Of a stretch of DNA of 64,000 bases, positions 52,965 through 64,000 are shown in pieces. The stretch lies in NCBI GenBank assembly GCA_038496445.1, contig JALMLS010000404.1, forward strand, positions 1-64,000. The letters are read 5' to 3'. This stretch comes from Trichosphaerium sp. ATCC 40318 (lineage: Eukaryota > Protista > Tubulinea). Under the pieces are notes generated by a model. The model saw nothing but the letters and a program-made list of their open reading frames with translations, ran no database searches and was not told the DNA's origin. The translations under genes and the position numbers were made by a program. Positions within the stretch are counted from its first letter, which is position 1, and every line of letters begins with the position of its first letter.

Positions 52965-53590
52965 TTATTTCGCTACAACGGTTTCAGATGCAACAGGGTA
53001 GCTTGCTGGCTCATATGGTATTGGTGAGCTTTTAGGAGCGTATGTTATTGGAGAGGCTGGTTCATATGGTATTGGTGAGCCTTCTGGAGCGTACGCATTT
53101 GGAGATATTGGTTCGTATGGTATTGGTGAGCTTTCAGGAGTGTATGGGTATGGTGAGCTTGTTGGTTCGTGCGGCTTTGGAGCTTCAGCTGGCGCAGTAG
53201 CATTGCTAAGCTCAAAGTTCCAGCAAGGCCTCTGCTTACAGACACTTGTACAATCTTTTATCCACGAGTTACTAGGAGCAACAACGATATAGTTTGTACG
53301 GTTTGCTTTCCCATTAAAGAAGTATAATCCTTGTACTTCCTTGCAATTCGTAGCCTGCAAACCGAAGGAAAAGGAAAAGTACTTTTCTCCTTGTCCGTTG
53401 TAGTAGCTTACTTCAAATTCGCCATACGATCATGATTCAAAGGCGTAATTGACCGTTTGTACGTAGCTTGTTTTGTTTACTTTCAAAACAACGCCTAAAT
53501 CATCGTATCGGTTGCATGGAGTAGTACAGTATGCAACAGTGATCAATGCGAACACTGTAGCGAGTAGTGGCAACGTTCTTGAGAAATCCA
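52965..53590 (-). CDS. Secreted Cys-containing protein with Pro/Ser/Tyr-rich repeat tail; in-frame TGA at 53430-53432
   Basis: Signal MDFSRTLPLLATVFALITVAYC; frame continues through one TGA; tail repeats (S/G)SPIPYEP.SP..YAP. Confidence 0.6.
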
Positions 53591-54268
53591 TTTTAAGCCA
53601 AAATGGAAAATCACGAACTGTCCCGTATATCATTCATTGATTGTCTTGTAGATTAGGTGAACTACTTACTAGTAGCATATGTAAGAACTACAGTGACCAT
53701 AGCGAGTAGTGGTACTTGTTTTTTTAACAAAGTGGGATTGATAAAGGAGTAGTTGACGCTTCTCAGCTACAGTTTTGTTACCGATGTTCCAAACGAATAA
53801 ATACACATATTTGTATTCGGATGTTACACAAAAGTGTTTGAACGTGGATTTTTTGAGCTTTTTGTACAGTTAAATGCCTTTTCCACATGATTCTTGTGCA
53901 ACAATAGAATTGTCATACCATGAAAACTCAAGCAAAATCTGCTATTTGTTTTGCAGTACTAGAAAGGCATTAATGGTATTCAATAGTATATGGCATGAAC
54001 ACTGTAGTGTAAGCAACACTTGCACTGAATTACTTTCATAGTTTTGTTTGCAGCCACAGAACAGTCTGTGCATTGTTACTATAAGGAGGGCTATGAAAGG
54101 TAGCTCTGAGAAGATTTTAGTCACATAGCATACCTCACATCTCAAACTCGAAACCTTGTGCGGAAGGAGTTGGAAATATGATACAGCACACTATTATTGT
54201 TGTTTCAATAATGAACAAAAACCAGCAACGCCTCTTTCGTCAAAAAAATATGTATTTCTTTTTTTAAT

Positions 54269-55814
54269 TTACTTTTCGTGCAACTTCTTCATAGCCTCTG
54301 ACATGAGGTTTGTATCAGCTTCTAAGTTTTTCATCTTCATTTGTCTTAGTACAATAGCAGCTTCTTCTTTTTTGTCATTCTTTGCGCAGATAGCCAACTA
54401 TTAAAGAGAGCGTCAATACACAAAAAGAAAGATGAAAAGAAAAACTTGTTTTGATATTCTGACACTGCTCAAAGTTCTTAAAAATAAGCTAGTTAGTACG
54501 CACCATTAAAGCGTATGTGTATGGGGATGGCTTATAGTCATCACGTTGCATGTCAATGTAATAATCCATAGCACGTCTAATCTTGCCGTGTTTACCAAGA
54601 ATCATAATCACTGTGTTGTAATCTTCAAGCTAAACGAAACAAAATGAGTTTAAAGAGAGAACGAAACATGTAAAGTCCACGTAGTGCCCATTGCACTACG
54701 CACTCACAAAAATGAAAGATACAATATTACGTACTCTAGGTTGTAGACCGTTAGTTTCCATCTCATTGAGCAAAGTTGCTACCTCTACAACTTTTTTACC
54801 GCGATTGCAAAGGTCAAACAACATCTCGTAAGTCTCATATGTTGGTTTTAAGTCACGTCTCATTTCGTCTTGTCTGATCTTCATAAAGTCTGAGAAGAGT
54901 TTATTTGCAGAATCAAAACGTGGTGCGAGTTTGATCAAGATATTGTAAGCTTTTGTAGTAACTTTATATTCGCCCTTCTTTGTCATAGTTAAAAGCTCCT
55001 TTCTTGCAAAAGTGAAATCAGCAAGCCCTTCAGCGCTTTCAAGCCATAACTTCATTTTATCATCAGCTGACTCCTTTGCTTCAAGGTACTTTGCTTTAGC
55101 TTCCTCTAAAACTAAGTGTAAGCATCCAAAGAGGCCAAAGTAACCGGTTTGATAAAAACGATGCGATTCTACAAAAAAACACGTTTACGTGCAAGAAAAA
55201 ATAAACGCGACGAGGGAAATGCCAAGGAGTACCTTTTCTCTTCTTCTCTTCTGCTTCTTTCTTTTTTTTTGCGGCAGCAGCAACTTTTTTCTTTTCAGCT
55301 GCTGACAATCCGTCATCTTCACCATCTTCGCCGCCTTCTTCGCCATCGCCGGATGCTTTTTGTTTCTTTTTGGCAGCAACTTTACGTTTAATCTTATCCG
55401 TTACGCTCATTGCCTTTTTCTTTGGTTTTTCCTCCTCCTCAGTTGGTTTTGCGTCCTTCTCTGTTGTATTGGCTACATCTTTAGTTTCATCTTTCTTCTC
55501 TTCCTTTTTTTCAGTTTCTGGGTAGATTAGTGAGCGCCTGAGCGTTTAAGAAGCGGGAGGGATAAATTGACAATTTTTTAAAACCTACCTTCTTTTTTAT
55601 CTTCGAAAAGGCGTGGAGTCACTTGGTACTGGCGAATTTGAATCTTTTTACATGCGAAAGCGCGCAAATACGCTGATTGTTGGTTTGTCTGATTAGATGC
55701 GACAATAGAGTGTACAGATCGCCTGTGTGTAGGAATAGTGTTCTTTTGTGCTACTTGAACTTTGCGAACATTTGTTCGAGACAAATACGCTCCACGGCAT
55801 GTTAGACGCTGCAT
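54269..55814 (-). CDS. Mitochondrial PPR-repeat protein (multi-exon)
   Basis: Presequence-like N-terminus, Lys/Glu-rich linker, PPR-like units PTYETYEMLFDLCNRGKKVVEVATLLNEMETNGLQP, YNTVIMILGKHG..MQRDDYKPSPYTYALM. Confidence 0.8.
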
Positions 55815-56374
55815 TATGTTGTGTTACGCAAATTGCTAGTGTTTTTTCGTTAGTCAGTTGAAAATTGAGAATAATACACTGAGCGTTTGTGAGCTCACGT
55901 AAGACCGCCTAGGCACTTCAAAAAAGAAGCTTTTATTGCAAAATAATTGTTTCAAAAGACACGCGTACCAAGTCGAAGATAATGGCTTATTTATTATCGC
56001 TGGCAAGCTACAAAGCTCAGGCAGTAATTAAAAAGCTTGACTTGATTTCTGTTCCGTATTTCAACGCAAAAAAACGCTAATCGTAAAACAGCAACAGGTA
56101 CAACAAAGTTGAACATACAACCCTGTACGCTGTACCGTAGTACGTCATAAAAAAATTTGAAACGGTTTCAGCAACACTAACCGATAATAAGCAGGACTTC
56201 TTGAATTCATGGTGCGGTACAATAAGCAAACGTCACGTGATAAAAATGCACGTATACGCCTGTTAACGCTGTACAACTTCACTGAAGCTTTTGTTGCCAC
56301 ATTACAAAAACACCAAACACCACCAATTTAAAAGCAAGCGGAACATATGATATTTGAGGAATAAATCCTGGCGA

Positions 56375-56421
56375 GATGCATCATGCATTTTGGACTTTGC
56401 AGAAAAAATGCACGATGCATC
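56375..56421. repeat. Hairpin-forming inverted repeat
   Basis: GATGCATCATGCATTTT (56375-56391) pairs with AAAATGCACGATGCATC (56405-56421), 16/17 matches. Confidence 0.7.
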
Positions 56422-56641
56422 GATTCATGTGAATCTCCAAGTCGTGAACGCGTTCTACTATATCGCTCTTAGATGTCTCAACACCAGAGTCGTTTTACAC
56501 AGGGTATAGTGCATCGAGGAGTGTCGAGTTTTTTCTGAACATTCAGCTCCAAATATAACTTTATAAGAATAGAACATCACGTGAACAAAGATACTGCATC
56601 ACTCGAACATAATCAAACAACAATCATACCAACAACAACAA

Positions 56642-58050
56642 ATGCAATCTGAACAATTTACGGAGAGAGTACTTGGAGAACTAACTGGAACTCTTGGAGT
56701 GTATCAACTTTACATTGGCCATAAACTAGAGCTATGGACAAAGGTAAAAGGAAGTAATATCCAGTAATGCTGACACACTTAAGCTCCGAGATGCTGGCTC
56801 AGTTACCGCCAAGGAATTTGCGTCAATAGCAAACTGTAACAAAAGATACATTAAAGAATGGCTCCGTGCTTGCGCCACTTTTGGATATATTACTTATGAT
56901 GCATCTACCAAGTCGTTCAAGCTTCCTGAAGGTCATGCGATATCTCTTTGCGATAAGCTAAATCCAAGTTACGTTGGTTCTTTCACGTGCTGGTACTGGA
57001 CTACATTTGCTTATTGATTTAACTCCTTCAAAGGATGGCTGCGCTCAATGTACTACCTAAACTTCTCAACGCTTTTAAAAATGGTGGTGGTGTTCCTTAT
57101 GAAGACTATGGAGCCGATTGCATTGAAGCAGTAAGTCAAATATAACTCAGTCACACACTCATCTTTAATAGATTGGGGGAGCAAACTTGCCAATGTACAC
57201 CAATGAACTTAGTGATTGGCTTACCAAACTGCCGGATATTCACACCAAGCTAGAAAAAGGTAAAAAAAATAAAAAACGTATTGAATCTAACCAGTATTGT
57301 AGGCGGTAAGATTCTAGATGTTGGATGTGGGACAGCTGTATCTACCATAGCAATGGCAAAAGGTTTGCGTTACATAGCCCTTCCAGCTTAAATTGATATA
57401 ACTTTAGCGTATCCAAAGTCCTCTATTGACTGTCTAGACTGCGATGAACCTTCCATTGCCCAAGCAAAGATCAACATTGAAAAGGAGGGACTCAAGGTAG
57501 CGTTAAAACCCTTGTATTTCGACAATTAAAAATAATTTTGATAGGAGCGTATTAAAATACACACGTGTTTTGCTGAACAAGCAACTATTAATAAAGAGTC
57601 AGTGGATCTTATTACTTTCTTTGAATGCGTTCATGACATGCATAATCCAGTTGAAGTGCTGAAGAGCGTTAAGCAATTCTTAAGCCCAGGAGGTAACGTT
57701 TTTTTTTTTCTCAAAATATTCTTCTTCTTGTCATTAACGTTATTTTGATAGGCGTGGTTCTCATAGCAGATCAACGTGTTGAAGATAAACTTGAGAAAAT
57801 GTTGCCTAAATCACCTGACGGCGCTGTGACTTCTTTTTCGGAGGACGACAAGAACTTCATGGGAAGACTATGCTATGGTATTAGCGTGATGCACTGCTTA
57901 CCACAATCTATGGTATTTGAAAATTCTGCTGCTATTGGAACATGCTTCCACGCTTGCACTGTCAAGAAGCTTGCAAAGAAAGCAGGGTTCAGTGGTGTTA
58001 AAGTAGTACATGAAAACGCGTTCTGGAGGTTTTACCGCTTAGAACAATAA
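56642..58050 (+). CDS. Class I SAM methyltransferase with N-terminal winged helix (Rv2258c-like), multi-exon
   Basis: YIGHKLELW..RYIKEWL..FKLPEGHA; AFKNGGGVPY; ILDVGCGT; FECVHDMHNPVEVL..LSPGG; SVMHCLPQSM..SAAIGT; AGF. Confidence 0.9.
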
Positions 58051-58622
58051 ATAGCTTGTTTTACGTTCAAACAGTGTTAGTTGAAGCGAGTTTCAGCGAA
58101 GAGAATTGTTAAAACGACTCTATATGCGTCAGTTCGTCTGTATGGTCTTAGATTTGTTTCCCAACGATAACGAATAAGAGATTTAGAACGATTAACACTC
58201 GATTTTAGCGTGAAGTGCGTTTTGGCTTAGTTTCAAGCGCGTGGCATGCCACGCGGCAGAAGAACCCGTGAGACTTCAACAGCAGTCAACATTCAAAAAA
58301 CATCCTGTTTTCGCCCTGAACTGTTTTATTAACTCAAGGAGTAGTCTGAAAAAAGCGCCTATGAAATGGGTTACTGTAACAAGCGCTTTTTCGCTTAAAA
58401 AATCAACTTGCAGTTCAGATAAAGAGCAGTTTTTATCTATGAATTTTACGCTAAAATAAATTTAATAATAGCTCTTTTCACACGAGTTCACTCTCGACAA
58501 CAACAACTCTCTTAGTCTTATTTAGACTAGTTTATGGACGAAGGTGGTGATACAGATAGTTCTTCTTCTTCTTACCTACTAAACTACGCGCGAAAGAAAA
58601 AACAAAAACAAACACTAAAAAC

Positions 58623-61600
58623 ATGGTAAGACGATACTATCTAATACTTTCATGCGTTCTAAGTTAATTATAGAAAAACGTAAACAAACTCCTCTCAAAC
58701 CAAACCAACATTAGAAATTTGTCCGTCATCGGTACGTACTACTCTGTTTAAATCGTGTCGCATTGTTTTAACATTAAAAATAGCCCATGTCGATCACGGC
58801 AAAACTACTCTCGTAGATAACTTCCTGTACCGTGCCGGTATGGTGCGCAAGCAGGATGTAGGTGAGAAGCGTGGCATGGACACCACGAAAGAAGAACAAG
58901 ATCGCATCATTACGATTAAATCGACTGGTGTGTCTTTAGTATTTACTAAAGACAAAGAAGACTACTTGATCAATCTTGTCGATTCTCCCGGGCACGTGGA
59001 CTTTTCATCGGAAGTCACTGCTGCTCTACGAATAACGTACGTATACTTGGCTTTGTTTGGGGGATAAATCAGCGGAGATACTTTTTGTTCATGAAACTTC
59101 TTTTTTTGTGGTTTTTTTGTGGAAATTTTTTCTGTTCTCTGTTTTTTTTCTTCTCTTGGTTGTAACTTCTTTATTCTAGTGACGGCGCACTTGTCGTCGT
59201 AGATGTCATTAAGGGCGCATCGGTACAAACCGAAACGGTAACGCGCCAAGCTCTAGGAGAGCGTATCCGCCCTGTTCTGCATGTTAATAAAGTAGACCTC
59301 TGCATTATTAAGAACTGGGATCTGGAAGACATTTACATCCAACTTGAAAGCATTGCAGCGCAGATGAACAACTTATTTAGTACTTACGAAGATGAGCTTC
59401 TCGGAGACGTATCAGTACATCCCTTAAAGGGAACCATGTCTTTTGGTATGACCTCAAGCTCAAAACTTCTTATTTTTTCTACTTTTTTTTTCTTCAACTT
59501 AGTACTCCTTGTCTGCCTCTTAAATTTTCTCGTCTTTTGACTCATGTGAATGCTTAGGATCTGGTAAAATGGGTTGGGCTTTTACTCTTCCTTCTTACGC
59601 AAAGATGCTTGCAAAGAAAATGGGCTCTGACCCTCAAAAGGTTCTTCGCCGATTGTGGGGTAACAAATACTATGATCCTGAAACCAAAAAGTTCAATAGT
59701 ACTGGTGTTAGTAAATCCGGTAAACCTCTTCAACGTTATTTCGTAAAGGTATGTACAGACCGTCCTAGCGCTTTTTGAAGATTTTTTTCATTTCGTCTTT
59801 TTTTCTCAGTGTCGAGTAGTGGTACTTATTTTTTTAACTTTAGATGGTCTTGAAGCCTATACAGAATGTATACAAATGGGCTGAGGCTAACGAAACGGAA
59901 AAACTGTTTAAGTTCTGTGATAGTTGGGGTATTAAACTCAAACAGTTCGAAAAGGAATTCCGTGGATCTAGTCTTGCGAAAGCCATTCTTATGGAATGGT
60001 TACCAGCTGGAGAAAACATTGGTAGTAAGTAGAAGTTCAAGATTGTTGAACGAACTTTTTTAATTTGTTTGGTTTTTTTTTTTATCACTTTTTTGCTAAT
60101 CTCCTTTGTTAATAGATATGATGATTGAGCACTTGCCTTCACCTATCGTAGCACAGAAATACCGTGTAATGAACCTTTACACTGGTCCTCAAGACGACGA
60201 ATACGCAAAAGCTATCCGTGACGCCGATCCTAATGGCCCTCTTATGGTTTTTGTTTCGAAGCAAGTTCCAACTCAAAACTACAGAAACTTTGTACGTTTT
60301 TTAACTCGCTTGACATTGCTTTTATTGTTTACTTGTTGTGCCCTCTCTGACCTTATTATGTCTAGATTTGCTATGGCAGAGTCTTCTCTGGTACAGTAAA
60401 AACAGGAGCGAAAGTCTTTGTTCTTGGTAAAGATGTTTCTGAGCCTGGTTCTAAGAGTATTCGAAAGTCTACAATTAGTAACTCTTTCCTTCTCAAAGGT
60501 AAAGATTATGAGGCTTGTAGTTCGTTACCTTGTGGTAATATTGTCGGTCTCGCTGGTATTGATAAGTCCCTACTCAAATCAGGTACGAGAAATGCTTTGA
60601 AGCACTTTTTTTTTCACTTTGTTCTCGTTTTTTGAAGTTGGATTTTGTTCTAAATTTCTACCCCGTAGGAACTGTTACCGATGGTAAATTGGCTTTCCCT
60701 ATCGCTCCTATGAAGTTCAGTGTCAGTCCTATTGTTCAAGTGGCTGTAGAACCAAAAGATCAAGGCCAGAGAAAGAAATTTACTGATTGCTTGAAACTCC
60801 TAATTAAGTCAGATCCTTGCTTAAAAACTTTCATCGATCCTTCAACTGGTACGCCTCGTCACATTGAAACAAACTTTATACATGTACATGTACTGACAGT
60901 ATTTTAATAGGTCAATTCATTATTGCAGGTGCTGGAGAACTCCACATCGAAACCAGTTTGAACGACCTCAGAAAGTTCCTTGGAGATGGTGTTGAAATCA
61001 AGACATCCACACCTCTGGTCAGTTTCTCTGAAACTGTAACTACAGAATCATCCCAAGTCTGCCTTGCCAAGTCTGCTAATAACCATAACCGTCTTTACTT
61101 CACTGCTGAACCTATGGATGAAAAGACCATCAAGGCTATCGATGAGTACGTTGAACAAAAAAAGAAAAAGACTTTTCCAAAATTTTCTTTCGAACAAATG
61201 AACAAACTCTGACTCTCTTCTTTAGTGGTACTATAGCAAACGAAGGCACTGACAAAGCTCGTGCATCTTTACTCGTACGTGAGTACGGTTGGGATAAAGG
61301 AGAAGCTCAGCGTATCTGGTGCTACGGTCCTGAAAATACCGGTCCAAATGTCGTCGTTAACAAAACGGCTGGTATCTCATACTTGAACGAAATCCAATCT
61401 CATGTTGCTATGGGTTTCAATTCAGCTGTTGCACCTACAGGAATCCTCTGTGGTGAACCTCTCCGTGGAGTTAGGTTTAACCTTACTGATGCTAAGTTAC
61501 ACCCTGATTCTATTCATCGTGGACCTGGTCAAATCATTCAACCTACTCGTAGAGCCATGCATGGTGCACAACTCTGTGCTCGTCCTAGAATAATGGAACC

Positions 61601-62061
61601 TTGGTATCTAGTCGAAATAGAATGTCCTTTCAAGTCACTAGCTCAAGCACGTTCTATTATTCAAAAGAGACGTGGATACGAAGAGGAAGCACGTACGTAC
61701 AATTTTTTGTAAATTCGGAAAAAAAAAAAGAAAAAAAAACAACCAATGCTTCTTGCTTTTCTCCATCTTCTTTTATCACGTGATACTCATGTTTTTTATA
61801 GTTCCTAAAGAAGGTACTCCATTGTACGTTCTCCGTGGTTTCGTACCTGTCATTGAGAGCTTTGGATTCACTGCTGCTTTGCGTGAAGCAACACATGGTG
61901 AAGGTTTCCCTACTATGATTTTCTCACACTGGGCTATCATTGATAAAGATCCTTTCGACCCTGAAGGAAACCTTGCTAGTAAAATAGTAGCTGAAGTTCG
62001 CAAACGTAAGGGTATGCCTGAAGAAATACCTGTACTTGGAAAGATAGTTGACAAGCTATAA
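58623..62061 (+). CDS. Divergent eukaryotic elongation factor 2 (eEF2) homolog, multi-exon
   Basis: [97 protein letters not shown]. Confidence 0.93.
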
Positions 62062-62409
62062 TTCCTCTGACGAGCACTCACAATCATTATAAAATCCCAA
62101 TCGAAAAAAAGTTCGGAAATCTGAAGACCCATTTAACAAGGTTCTCTGTGGCTTTTTTTAATGTAATTGGCTGCAGAAACCTCGCTCAAATCACTCAAGT
62201 TGCAATAAAATAACTTTTTAGTTTAATCTAAACACGACTTTGTTTATTCCCTAGTACTCGTACTTCAGATCATTGTGTATACCACAAGCCAATTGCAATA
62301 TGAACACTTGATAATTGTAACATAGGCAAAGTTGTTAAAAGAGACTAAAATTTAGCTAACTGGTTTTTTTTTTATGTCAAACTACAATTTAGAGGCCTAT
62401 TTTCTTTTT

Positions 62410-62778
62410 TCAGTTATTTGGTCCAATGGCGTAAATGATGATTTTGAAAGATACAATAAGAAAACCCCAAAAGGCAAAGAAAATCCCAAAGCTTCTTGCT
62501 AGAACACCCATCATACTTAATTTCTTATCAGGCTCTTCATCTCCAAAAAACATGCTCTCAATGATTGCCGAGCCCCACGTTACACTACAATCTACCTTAT
62601 AAGCCAATATTAATATTAAAACATTTTATAATGTACATAAGGCGATTCCAAAGCTTCCCAAGATTGTTCCAGTCATCACAACCGCGCAAAATGTAATCCA
62701 TAATAAATTAAAACTCTGTTTTCGTGGTGCTCTTTGTTGCTGAAAACGGATATTTACGGTTGTTTTTCGTACAAACAT
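62410..62778 (-). CDS. Small membrane protein of unknown function
   Basis: Two hydrophobic segments (LLWITFCAVVMTGTILGSFGIAL; SFGIFFAFWGFLIVSFKIII) separated by a probable intron. Confidence 0.4.
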
Positions 62779-63170
62779 TGTCCGTTGCTGAATAAAACTT
62801 GGCAAATTTGTGGGAGGTTAAGCAATCTGTAATTTTCAAAACAAATCCGTATTACTTAATCAGGCTATGAAAGGCCTAGTATGCTTCTAAACAGTCAACT
62901 GCACATTCTGACCCTGTCATTTTTCATCACAAGAACATTGTTTGACGGACACATTCTCAGTATTGTGGTCATGATAATGCTTCCGTAATACGGCCATGAC
63001 ATTTCTACTCTGTGAATTGAACTAATCAATAGTACCCTCTATGAGTGATGTTCAAGTTTGTGACGTTCAAAGTGTAATTCCACCCAAAAAACATTGTTGC
63101 AAAGTGATGTTCAATGTGTTACATAAGCGGTTCTAAATTTTACTTGTAACAACTTCATCTAAGTGTTGCA

Positions 63171-64000
63171 ATGCTTCCCGTCAGTAAAAGAAACTTCATC
63201 GATTGTACACCATCAACCAATTTCCAACATCTACCCTCTGATGTATTTTTTACTATTGTATTTGATATGTCAAGTAACCCTATCATTATACCTATCCACA
63301 TGAAACGTGTATGCCATCTATTCTACAAGTTTGTATGTAGTGTATCAAACAATATAATAACTCGTCAAATGAAGCGTATTGGATGCCTTGACTTAAAGTG
63401 TTTGAAAGATCCTTCACAAACACTTCAACAGTTTTGGGAAAGAACAATTCCAGCATTGTATGATTATCCCGCTGTGCCTTTAAACAACCTTGCCAATACA
63501 CCCAATGAATTCTATAGGAGTATTGGTGACTTCAGGTTCAGTGCCAATGCCGTTCATTTGATACAACACTGCCTCGAATCCACGATTGTTGAGTACTTTG
63601 CAAATGGCTACTTTAACAAATACGAAGAAGCTAAACATGTTGAAGCTTTATCTACAAAACCCGCCAACAGTAAACTAGATATATCATTTAAAGGAGAGGC
63701 AGTTGAGTCTTTTGCAAACCTTTTTGGAGTTGAATACGATCCTGAAGACGATGACGAGTATAAAAGAAAAAATGATGACAAATTGAGCCAAGATGAAGAT
63801 GTTAGTGATGAAGAAGAGGACGATATGCTTGATACCGATAACAGTACTGACAATACTTTCTTAATTCTACTTTGTCTCATGCTGTTACTTAGCCAAGGAT
63901 ATGTTCAAGAACAAGAACATGCTTGAAGATGTGCCAAAGGAAGAACATACAAAAAGGTTTTCTATAAAACTGTTCTGGTATTGGATTTCTCAAGGCGACA
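63171..64000 (+). CDS. F-box protein with histone-H3-like fold segment and acidic patch (likely continues beyond window)
   Basis: FQHLPSDVFFTIV..MKRVCHLF (F-box); DFRFSANAVHLIQHCLESTIVEYF resembles H3 [24 protein letters not shown]; probable intron 63845-63892 extends the frame. Confidence 0.6.

Noticed and set aside
17350-53590. Alternative genetic code to explain in-frame stops
   Set aside because: Conserved genes end in TAA, TAG and TGA and have no internal stops after splicing.
1-64000. tRNA/rRNA genes and autonomous transposons
   Set aside because: None recognised by eye; a tRNAscan-SE/Infernal/RepeatModeler run would be needed to exclude them.

Overview
Eukaryotic, AT-rich genomic DNA from a compact, intron-rich microbial eukaryote (short introns of roughly 40-250 nt, mostly GTACGT/GTAAGT...YAG; an amoeboid protist is my inference). 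The backbone is spliced housekeeping genes: ClpB/Hsp78, mitochondrial bL35, TVP38/VTT, HMG-box factor, AP-3 sigma, Ded1/DDX3 helicase, histidine phosphatase, bromodomain protein, Ras, ornithine aminotransferase, CBM48 protein, PPR protein and a divergent eEF2. Several intron-containing genes have bacterial-type products (D-aminoacylase, Rv2258c-like methyltransferase, DUF6209-like protein, RTX-like beta-roll proteins, M12B protease with ricin-B lectin). Interleaved is a mostly intronless, fast-turnover set of F-box genes and relics. The F-box is joined to four different C-terminal modules: 'AGVHTIDL' LRRs, MORN-variant repeats, an unnamed beta-rich domain and a histone-H3-like fold. Other notable items are a U2-like AT-AC intron in clpB, a GC-AG intron, an ~80-bp-arm inverted repeat, local segmental duplications and apparent CACGTG enrichment. 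Exon boundaries were worked out by eye. Some frameshifts lie in homopolymers and could be assembly errors.
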